A DNA stretch of 64,000 nucleotides from an uncultured Desulfobacterales bacterium. Its GTDB lineage: Bacteria; Desulfobacterota; Dissulfuribacteria; Dissulfuribacterales; S140-46. The notes below the pieces were generated by a model. It was given only the letters and a program-made list of their open reading frames with translations. It had not been told where the DNA came from and searched no databases. Positions 9,547 to 17,022 of the stretch are shown piece after piece; the first letter of the stretch is position 1; the number at the start of each line of letters is the position of its first letter. Position numbers and translations under genes: made by a program. The stretch lies in the NCBI GenBank assembly GCA_964620365.1, contig CAZUIH010000002.1, positions 1,598 through 65,597 on the forward strand, written 5' to 3'.

Positions 9547-10287
9547 TTACCTGTCTTGATACTTATTTTCAAAGTATGGACACAGTTCCATCCTGCAACC
9601 GTGGGGATGACGCTCTATGTGTCTGCAAGACGAAATGTTGGTCGAACCACCCAGATACAACCCAAAATTGGCCGCAAAAAATTTTACAGCCTCGTCAATG
9701 GCACTCCTCACATAAGCCTTACAGCAACTAGGCCCGGTAAGTTCCTTTATCGCCAGAGCCACAGAACATGCCATGTCCATGGCAAGATACTGTTCTTCAT
9801 TACTGCCACACTTAGAAGAAAGGATAACAGCCACACAGGCCCCCATGGCCACCACTATGCCGCAAACTCCCGTAAGGCCGCAATATCCGCTTATTGCCTG
9901 CCTTTGGATGCGGTCAAAAACCTCTTCCATGTGCGAATCACGCACTCTTATTGTACCTTCATTTTTTAGGGCCGCAATTAATGAACCCGCCGCGATATAC
10001 GCATGGTGGCACCCAAGCATTGGCAGAGAAGGAATGTTAATGAGATATTCAGAGATCTCAAACGGGTCAGCAGAATCAGATGCAAGGCAATATTCCCTTA
10101 TTACTCGCAGGGACTCTTTATTGTGACAATTTTCACACAAGAAATGTCCATTGGGACAGACCACATGGCCTGATTCTACCCTGCCACACCTGGTACACCT
10201 GTACTCGTGACCATATTCCAGGTAAGTAAGCGGGCTGCCACAGACCATGCAGTTATCCACTACCGCCATCCTGCCTGGCACTTTCAA
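9547..10287 (-). CDS. Cys-rich conserved hypothetical protein with N-terminal zinc ribbon (possibly DUF5714-like)
   Basis: CMVCGSPL...CTRCG...CPNGHFLCENC ribbon, followed by a Cys-rich helical body. The family name is from memory only. Confidence 0.45.
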   Translation of the reverse strand: MKVPGRMAVVDNCMVCGSPLTYLEYGHEYRCTRCGRVESGHVVCPNGHFLCENCHNKESLRVIREYCLASDSADPFEISEYLINIPSLPMLGCHHAYIAAGSLIAALKNEGTIRVRDSHMEEVFDRIQRQAISGYCGLTGVCGIVVAMGACVAVILSSKCGSNEEQYLAMDMACSVALAIKELTGPSCCKAYVRSAIDEAVKFFAANFGLYLGGSTNISSCRHIERHPHGCRMELCPYFENKYQDR

Positions 10288-10402
10288 GTCGTCTGGCTGG
10301 CCCAGCCTCTTTTTCTCATTGTTTCAGCAACCGGTCCGCCGCCTGTCAGGTTTCAAATTTAGAGACATCCTTTTTTGCATTTTTATAACCCGCACTTTTC
10401 AT

Positions 10403-11590
10403 TCAGAAGCCCGCAGCTACCTGGAAGGTCAAGATCAGGTGATCCTGGACAGGAAAGGGGCTACTTTTCTCTTCTTCCTGGTCCACGTAGGTTAAATCAA
10501 CACTAAGCTTGTTTGCCTGGCCCTTCAGGAAATAATTGACTCCAAGGCCGTAGATGTTAGTTGAATCCTTGTTATCGACACCTATACGTTCATAGTGTAT
10601 GAAAGGCTGTACACGCCCTACCCCAACCTTTCCAGGCAAGATATATCCTGATTTTACAGAAACGATGTCTGCGTCATCCCCTTGTTTTAAATTCGTATAA
10701 TTAAGAGAATTGGGGCCACTGTTGACGTTTATGTATGCCGCTTCCATTGTTATGGCACCGCCACTTGGATCCAAGGGATAATCCCAGTGTACATCAACGG
10801 TCCAAGCGGAATAATCATGTCTCGACCCGTCATAAACAAGGTCATTCTGCATATCGAAGCCCATTCCAAGGGCCAGCACCCGCTTTTTACCTAGATAGGT
10901 GCCTTTATTGAACCAGGAGGTCTCTGGCTCGAAAAAGGACCAGCTCAGGCGCCCGGCGTATCTTGGATTGTCGTCTGGATTCATGGTATCCTTATCTATA
11001 CCCTTGGCCACCATGAAACGGTATTGCAGTCTCTTGCCCAGCACGTTCCCCCAGAGGCAAACGCCATCGTCTCTACCAACCTTGCTGGGATAGAAAATAC
11101 CGCCCCTGATACCGCCCTGGCTCCAGTCAAGGTCAGTTGCCAGAAGACTTTTTGTCGACGTGGTACCGTAATTCCTTGTGATCGGCACATACATCCGTCC
11201 CAGTTGTAGCATAGCTGACTCATCCAAAAGCCTGACGGTAACCCAGCCGTCCCTCAATATGAGATTGGCCCCAAGCCCCAGGCTTGGCCTGTCATGCAGC
11301 TCATCCTGGTCCAACCTGTCCCCCGCGACGTGGAGAAAAAAATCAAGCCATGGAGTCGCAGAGGCCTTGGCGTAAAAATAGGCCCGCCTGATCATGGTAT
11401 CATACAGGGCTGTTTCTTGTTTTCCGTCGCCGTCACGGTCCTTGGCATCTTCGACATATTGGTACCAGGCCTGCCCCCAGAACCCCATTTCCAACGAAAG
11501 ATCGCCGTTTTTATAGATCTTAGTGGCCCATGCGTGGTCCGTACAGACAACAACCATAAATAAGAGTGTGACCCAAAACCGTATTTTCAT
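10403..11590 (-). CDS. outer-membrane beta-barrel porin
   Basis: ATG 11590 follows GGAGTGGAGGGAAG. Signal peptide MKIRFWVTLLFMVVVCTDHAWA, alternating beta-strand pattern, and C-terminal ...FQVAAGF ending in Phe. The track start at 11608 is probably too long. Confidence 0.6.
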   Translation of the reverse strand: MKIRFWVTLLFMVVVCTDHAWATKIYKNGDLSLEMGFWGQAWYQYVEDAKDRDGDGKQETALYDTMIRRAYFYAKASATPWLDFFLHVAGDRLDQDELHDRPSLGLGANLILRDGWVTVRLLDESAMLQLGRMYVPITRNYGTTSTKSLLATDLDWSQGGIRGGIFYPSKVGRDDGVCLWGNVLGKRLQYRFMVAKGIDKDTMNPDDNPRYAGRLSWSFFEPETSWFNKGTYLGKKRVLALGMGFDMQNDLVYDGSRHDYSAWTVDVHWDYPLDPSGGAITMEAAYINVNSGPNSLNYTNLKQGDDADIVSVKSGYILPGKVGVGRVQPFIHYERIGVDNKDSTNIYGLGVNYFLKGQANKLSVDLTYVDQEEEKSSPFPVQDHLILTFQVAAGF

Positions 11591-11633
11591 ATCTTCCCTC
11601 CACTCCATCCCAGAGCGGTTACCTCACCGCATC

Positions 11634-11969
11634 CTAATCAGGAATGGGCTCTGCCCCGTGCCTTATGACCGCCTTTAACATCTCATCTTCTGAGGCAACA
11701 CCATTTCCCGCACCCTTGTCTACGGCTATAATTTCATCGTCCACCTTCACGGCAGGCGAAGCGGGATCCTTCGGGCCCATGAGATCCTGGGGAGTGACAA
11801 TAAGCCTGACGCCGGTTACCTGTTCCAGAACGCTTACAGCGGCCTCAAGGTTTCGGGCTCACCGTCCTCCCATTGGAGACCTCGTATACAGCTTTAGATC
11901 AACAGCCTGGGCGGAGATGGTAATTAACAGAACCATCAAAAAAACAGTGAACGCTAAAAAATTTCTCAT
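11634..11969 (-). CDS. secreted thioredoxin-fold protein (MTH895/TM0996-like), candidate selenoprotein (UGA codon 37)
   Basis: ATG 11969 sits 8 nt after AAGGAGGT. Signal peptide MRNFLAFTVFLMVLLITISAQA. TGA at 11861..11859 in SPMGGR-U-ARNLEAAV. The frame then stays open for 74 more codons, including a cis-Pro-like PASPAVKVDDEII and VASEDEMLKAV as in glutaredoxin-like MTH895 proteins. Not present in the ORF track. Confidence 0.55.
11812..11828 (-). other. candidate SECIS-like hairpin for the 11634..11969 gene
   Basis: mRNA sense CUGG-AACAGGUAA-CCGG (4 bp stem including one G.U). It starts 30 nt after the UGA, the same spacing as the 2863..2847 hairpin. Confidence 0.3.
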
Positions 11970-12017
11970 AATAGATACCTCCTTGTTATTAGATAATTTC
12001 ATTAACCAACTACCTTT

Positions 12018-12141
12018 GACCCGATTTATACACTTCAATCACCGAATCTCATGCGTATTCGGCCAGTTGAAAAACCAAGCCACACGGACATGCCCACGGA
12101 CTCAAATCCTAGGCAGTCCTGGCACAGGCATAATCCGGGTT
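12018..12141. repeat. family-1 repeat, copy B (124 bp, internally replaced)
   Basis: Left end GACCCGATTTATACACTTCAATC, right end ATAATCCGGGTT. Carries an internal CCGAAT/ATTCGG hairpin. Ends 49 nt upstream of ATG 11969. Confidence 0.6.
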
Positions 12142-12296
12142 CACATCTGTATGGTTTTAAAAACCAGGCTGTAAACATGCCGACGACCAAAAGGTGACCT
12201 CCAAAAAGCTAAATCTTAGAGGTCCCAATAAGAGACAACACCCAAAGAGCGTCATCGAAAATCCACCTGTGGTCAGGATCGAAGCAGTAGACATAT

Positions 12297-12737
12297 TCAA
12301 TTGTCTCCGCTTCTTTTGAGTAAAAAATGGACACTCTCTTCAGGCAACTTCAGCTGCCTTGCGATTTCCGTAGTCGAGGCACCTGGATTTTCCTTGATAA
12401 AATGTTCACACTCGGCTCGCACCATATCCAGCCAATCCTGGAACAAGACCACAAGTTCCTCCGAGGTTTCGGACGAAAGCTCATGGAGTATTCCCATTGC
12501 CCCGTAAAGATGATGACACATGTTTTGTGGATCGACACCTTCATCCATGCATTTGGCAATTCAGAGCTGAACCATACTGCCGATCTTGTCTTTTCCTGTT
12601 TGCCCCACCATCTCCACTACAAAGCTTCTTTTTTCTTCTTCAGAAAGAATGGAAAAGATCTCTTTGGCCAGATGGAGTAATAGATCCTTGCCCTCTTCCA
12701 AGGTCAATGACCTGATAATGTCACCCCATTTATCCAT
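12297..12737 (-). CDS. small helical protein with C-terminal HTH-like segment, candidate selenoprotein (UGA codon 59, U-x-x-x-C)
   Basis: ATG 12737 overlaps the arsR stop (TAATG). The frame is identical to track ORF 12297..12548 (189 nt = 63 codons upstream). The single TGA is at 12563..12561, in GSMVQL-U-IAKCMDEG. There is no SD in front of the internal ATG 12548. Confidence 0.5.
12528..12547 (-). other. candidate SECIS-like hairpin for the 12297..12737 gene
   Basis: mRNA sense UGGAU-GA-AGGUG-UCG-AUCCA: 5 bp outer stem plus 2 inner pairs, with an AGGUG apical loop. The stem starts 13 nt after the UGA and GGU lies about 22 nt after it. Confidence 0.4.
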
Positions 12738-13111
12738 TATTCCTCTCCTTTCGTTTGCTCTTGCTCCTGGATTATTCTCTTCACTTCAGCCACGAGAGCT
12801 GATTCGTCCAGGTCTGGATTTATTTCAGCGACCGCCCTTCCAAGAAATTTCAAAAGTCCTTTTGAGGCCAACCGGTAGTAGATAAATGGTCCTCTTCGTT
12901 CACTGACCAAGATATTCGCGTACCTGAATTCCTTTAGATGATGAGACACAAGGGGCTGAGACAATCCAAGACGATTGACTATCTCTGTCACAGAAAGAAA
13001 ACCACATTTCTCCAACGCGATACAAAGGATAATTTTTAATCGATTTTCATCGGATAGCGACTTGAAAAAATGCGCAAGCTCCTTGATAACGATTTTATTT
13101 GACCAGCCCAT
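12737..13111 (-). CDS. ArsR/SmtB-family transcriptional regulator
   Basis: wHTH segment LSVTEIVNRLGLSQPLVSHHLKEFRYANILVSERRGPFIYYRL; 124 aa. Confidence 0.85.
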   Translation of the reverse strand: MGWSNKIVIKELAHFFKSLSDENRLKIILCIALEKCGFLSVTEIVNRLGLSQPLVSHHLKEFRYANILVSERRGPFIYYRLASKGLLKFLGRAVAEINPDLDESALVAEVKRIIQEQEQTKGEE

Positions 13112-13270
13112 AAAATAAATATATCAATGTACATTTATATGTCAATGACGCAGTTGACCCTTCTATACGACAGGTCTTTGGAACAGGACAAGTTGTGCGA
13201 TTCAACTTGACTTGCCACTGACCCACCAGTAGTAACTTATAGTTACGTGAATGTATATTGCTGGAGCTTT

Positions 13271-13527
13271 GAATCCGGAGTATGCACGTAAAATGCCGAA
13301 AAATGATTTTTTATTTATAAAACAAGCGAGTTACTGTTCAATAATAGAGAAAAACATTTCCACAAATGGAGCATCAACGTCACGCTACTTTTTTGGCATT
13401 TAAAGCCGCAGCGGGCTGCCGACTTTATCGGATCTGCCGCGTTGTCAGAGACTTGAAGTAGAAGAGTATGTATGCGTGTCTGCCGTCTTGCAACTTCGAC
13501 AAACTCGGCAGCTACATAATCCGGGTT
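13271..13527. repeat. family-1 repeat, copy C (257 bp, longest)
   Basis: Left end GAATCCGGAGTATGCACG, right end ATAATCCGGGTT. The right approximately 135 nt align with copy E. The internal block GAAAAATGATTTTTTATTTATAAAACAAGCGAGT aligns with copies D and E. Confidence 0.65.
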
Positions 13528-13573
13528 AACTCCTTTTTGTTGAAACACAAAAACAAAGTCGAGGTATCAGGTC

Positions 13574-14029
13574 ATGAACAAGAAATCTGAACTCCAGGTG
13601 TTCCGGGAATACCTGCAAAAACATAAGCTTAGATATACCAGGGAACGTGAACAGATCATAAAGGAAATCTTCTCAACCCATGACCATTTCGATGTTGAGG
13701 CCATATATTTATCCATGAGGCAGAAAGGAATCCAGGTATCAAAGGCCTCTATCTACCGGCTGATTCCCTTGTTGATCGAAACTGGACTCATACAGGAAGT
13801 CTACTATGAAGATGGCCACATGCACTATGAACATGTGTATGGCCATGAACATCATTGTCATCTACGATGTACCAGGTGTAGAAAAATCGAAGAGTTCGTT
13901 GATCGCAGACTCCAAGAGATAGAAAAAGACCTGGCTGAAAAGTTTGGTTATGAAATAATAGATCGAAAGCTTGAAGTAAAAGGTCTATGTCCTGAATGCA
14001 GGGAAAAGGTTAAAAACAAAAACAGCTAG
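13574..14029 (+). CDS. Fur-family metalloregulator (Fur/Zur/PerR type not resolved)
   Basis: HEHHCHLRCTRCRKIEEF and C-terminal CPECREK zinc-site motifs; 151 aa. Confidence 0.85.
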   Translation: MNKKSELQVFREYLQKHKLRYTREREQIIKEIFSTHDHFDVEAIYLSMRQKGIQVSKASIYRLIPLLIETGLIQEVYYEDGHMHYEHVYGHEHHCHLRCTRCRKIEEFVDRRLQEIEKDLAEKFGYEIIDRKLEVKGLCPECREKVKNKNS

Positions 14030-14054
14030 CACCGGATAAGTTTTAATTGATTTT

Positions 14055-14525
14055 ATGACAAATGTTGAACGAGCTGTTATCAATGTAGTCCTGGTGGAAC
14101 CGGAAATACCTCCCAATACAGGAAACATAGCCAGACTCTGCGGTGCCACCAACTCAACGCTCCACCTCGTCCATCCACTTGGTTTCAGTACCGATGACAA
14201 GAGCCTCAAGAGGGCAGGCCTTGACTATTGGCCCCACGTAAAAATAGTTCACCATGAAAACCTGGCTTCATTCCTGCGGGAACACGGTCAGAAGGATCTT
14301 TTTTACTTCTCAAAAAGAGGAAAGCATCTCTATACCCAGGCGCGATATACCAACGGATGTTACCTGGTTTTCGGGAAAGAGACCCAAGGACTGCCCAAGG
14401 ACTTGCTGGATAGAAACCTGGAACGTACTTTATATATCCCAATCTGGGGTAACGTGCGCAGCCTCAATCTATCCACTGCTGCTGGCATAGCAGTCTACGA
14501 GGCCTACAGACAGCTTGGATTCTGA
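14055..14525 (+). CDS. trmL: tRNA (cytidine/uridine-2'-O)-methyltransferase TrmL (SpoU family)
   Basis: 156 aa. Motifs EPEIPPNTGNIARLC and SLNLSTAAGIAVYEA, typical of TrmL. Confidence 0.85.
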   Translation: MTNVERAVINVVLVEPEIPPNTGNIARLCGATNSTLHLVHPLGFSTDDKSLKRAGLDYWPHVKIVHHENLASFLREHGQKDLFYFSKRGKHLYTQARYTNGCYLVFGKETQGLPKDLLDRNLERTLYIPIWGNVRSLNLSTAAGIAVYEAYRQLGF

Positions 14526-14663
14526 CCAATCTCATCCTCTGGCCGTCGAGCAGCATAAAATATTTATGTGCCCGGTTTCATGATTTTGGTAAGATAAACC
14601 TGTTCTGTTTGAACAGCCTCGGAAAACGCATGGAGTTTTTTCCAGCAACTGGACGGTTCGCGA

Positions 14664-16484
14664 TCAGATGGCAAGGTATGTTATAATTGACCACCTCGGG
14701 TCTATAAAATAGTCACACAGGCCTTCCAGGGATTTCCTGAGGGCCATATCCGCTGTCATCAGGAAAACTATTGAATCGCCTTCTCTCAATTTGATCTCTT
14801 CGGCCCTGAGCCTGATGTATATATCCGCTCTTTGGGAACTATGTTTAGCGTCCGTAAATATTACCGAAAGGTTCCCCTTGCGATCAATCACTGCCTGATT
14901 TTCTTTGCCATCGAATACCAGTTCCACCTCTTTCCAGTCCAGGGATTTTCTTTCCCAAAGTGCGCAAAATTCGCTCCTTGTCTTGGAGAAGTCGGCCCTG
15001 TCTCTCTTCGCCCATTGTGGAGATGACTTTATGACATTATAGCCGTCCACCAACAGAATTGATTGCTTGCAAAGATCCGCATTTTTCACCACAAACCCAG
15101 ACAAATTCGCTATCTCCCTGCCTCCATCTTCCGCCCCTGGCCGTGGGGACGCGTCACTTAACATGGAAGACTGTACCAATATCTCCCGTTCCCTCAAAAG
15201 TGACAGCATTTTTTCATGCAAAAAGTCCTGTTCGCTATCGCTAAGCATCCTGGAATAAGGCTCTCTTCTCAGGTTTTCAATCATGCTGTTCAATTCCTGG
15301 AGTCCGCTCTCGGAAATCTGTGTCTCGGCCGCATATTCCAGGATCCGATAGATAAAAGGCGTACTCACCCCATCCAGGTCTGGAAGCATCACCTTGAGTC
15401 GCAGGATTTCATTTTCCAGTTCCTTCCTGATCCTGATCAGTCCGCTTGACGGTGCAAGGCTATCCATTTCGGCCTTTCTTATCTCCCCAAGTTTTGATTC
15501 GAGCTGCTCTATGGCAGATCTTATGGAAGACCTGGTTCCATACCTCACATCCAGTTGGCGTTGAGCGGAAAGAGCCTTTTCGGCCCTGTCCAGTAAGGCG
15601 GTCACGTTCCCCTCCAGGCTATCTGCCCATAAGGTCTCTTCAGGAAGGCCTTCAGGGAAAAACTGGGAGAGAATTCTTTTCACTTTAAGCTCCACTTGCC
15701 TATCGAGTCCATCCTGAAGTTCCTTGATAAGCCGGGACTTTTCCTCACCCTCCATTTTCGCCTTTACAATGGCATCCCTTAACTCATTGACCTGTTCCCT
15801 TGCCCTAGAGAGCTCCAGTTCCAGGTGTTCTGTTTCTCTTTGAAGTCTTTTACGCGCCTTTTCGCTTTTTCTGAGCTCAGCCTTTATTTGAACAACTTCC
15901 CGTTCCGTACGCCCCAGCCCACTGGAGGCAGATGTATCCCCGGCCGCGGACAACAGGGCTAACAGCTCCCTCATGGCAGTGGGCATATCGCCTGCCATAA
16001 ACATGGGATCCACGGTCCAGAGAAAATTTCCCTTTAAAAGTCTTGTCCCTCTTCCAGCGATTCGTTCCCTGTGATCCAGAGCCATGGCTATGCCAAGTGC
16101 CGGGTCCGCAGTTGCCCTTAAGACATTGCGCCAGTTTGACACAAACCACTCCTCATCGAGCACAGATATGGCTTCGGCCCACTTGAACCATCTCGCATCC
16201 GGAAAAGAGGAAAGAAAAACGAGCCCCGGTAGCCGTGAAGAACTCTTAAACAGTGGGAATATACGCTCAATTATCGCCTGACGTACTGTTTTTTTCTCCA
16301 GCGCGGCAAGGGAAATCCTGAAACCTGATAATACATGGGCTCCCTCGAGTTCCTTTATCGCGTGTGCAAGCTTTATGAGTGATTCCGATGGAAGATTCGA
16401 AAGAAGCCACCTTGCCGCGGCTTCCCCCATCTTAGGCGGCTCCCATCCTTCCAGTAAGGAAATTTCAAATCCAGTCTGTTCCAT
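14664..16484 (-). CDS. large coiled-coil protein with C-terminal NYN/YacP-like nuclease domain
   Basis: C-terminal ILLVDGYNVIKSSPQW...VELVFDG...IFTD resembles the YacP (Rae1) NYN domain. Residues around 200-450 are heptad-rich, charged coiled coil. Confidence 0.55.
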   Translation of the reverse strand: MEQTGFEISLLEGWEPPKMGEAAARWLLSNLPSESLIKLAHAIKELEGAHVLSGFRISLAALEKKTVRQAIIERIFPLFKSSSRLPGLVFLSSFPDARWFKWAEAISVLDEEWFVSNWRNVLRATADPALGIAMALDHRERIAGRGTRLLKGNFLWTVDPMFMAGDMPTAMRELLALLSAAGDTSASSGLGRTEREVVQIKAELRKSEKARKRLQRETEHLELELSRAREQVNELRDAIVKAKMEGEEKSRLIKELQDGLDRQVELKVKRILSQFFPEGLPEETLWADSLEGNVTALLDRAEKALSAQRQLDVRYGTRSSIRSAIEQLESKLGEIRKAEMDSLAPSSGLIRIRKELENEILRLKVMLPDLDGVSTPFIYRILEYAAETQISESGLQELNSMIENLRREPYSRMLSDSEQDFLHEKMLSLLREREILVQSSMLSDASPRPGAEDGGREIANLSGFVVKNADLCKQSILLVDGYNVIKSSPQWAKRDRADFSKTRSEFCALWERKSLDWKEVELVFDGKENQAVIDRKGNLSVIFTDAKHSSQRADIYIRLRAEEIKLREGDSIVFLMTADMALRKSLEGLCDYFIDPRWSIITYLAI

Positions 16485-16517
16485 TACTACCCAACAAAGT
16501 CCATGCGTCGCTCCGGA

Positions 16518-16961
16518 TCAGCTCCGACTGTCAAGGAGCAGGGTGACCGGCCCGTCATTTACCAGATTGACCTCCATATGGGCCTGGAACACCCCTGTTT
16601 GGACAGGCACCCCCTTTTCCCTCAAGCGATCTGCTACAAATTCATACAATCTCCTGGCTTCATCAGGCCTTGCGGCATTGGAAAAAGAAGGCCTTCTGCC
16701 CTTTCTGGTCTCACCACAAAGGGTGAATTGGGAAACAAGCAGGACCGAGCCTCCCACGTCCTTCAAGGAATAGTTCATACGGCCCTCCTCGTCTTCAAAG
16801 ACCCTTAACCCTTCGCATTTATCAGCAATATAGGCCCCGTCCTTTTCTGTGTCGCCGGTTTCAACCCCCAGAAGGACAAGTGCTCCTTTGCCTATTTCTC
16901 CAACTGTATTGCCATCAACTACTACACTTGCCTTGCTCACCCTTTGATAAACTGCCTTCAT
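16518..16961 (-). CDS. dtd: D-aminoacyl-tRNA deacylase
   Basis: [18 protein letters not shown]-terminus and SQFTLCG motif; 147 aa. Confidence 0.9.
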   Translation of the reverse strand: MKAVYQRVSKASVVVDGNTVGEIGKGALVLLGVETGDTEKDGAYIADKCEGLRVFEDEEGRMNYSLKDVGGSVLLVSQFTLCGETRKGRRPSFSNAARPDEARRLYEFVADRLREKGVPVQTGVFQAHMEVNLVNDGPVTLLLDSRS

Positions 16962-17022
16962 TCTCCCCTTCTACCTTTGTTATTACATCCAAAATGATTA
17001 TAATCTGTGTGCCTGAAGAAAC

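Noticed and set aside
11644-12174. 176-aa plus-strand ORF covering the region of the hidden minus-strand gene
   Set aside because: It has low-complexity Ser/Thr/Ala-rich composition, no SD and no recognisable family. It is antisense to a minus-strand frame with a perfect SD, a signal peptide and thioredoxin-fold similarity. I treat it as a shadow ORF.
13315-13548. 77-aa minus-strand ORF inside repeat copy C (and the similar 66-aa ORF 8197..8397 inside copy A)
   Set aside because: The reading frames are not conserved between repeat copies: copy E has stops and indels in the equivalent frame. They have no SD, and their composition is typical of non-coding sequence.
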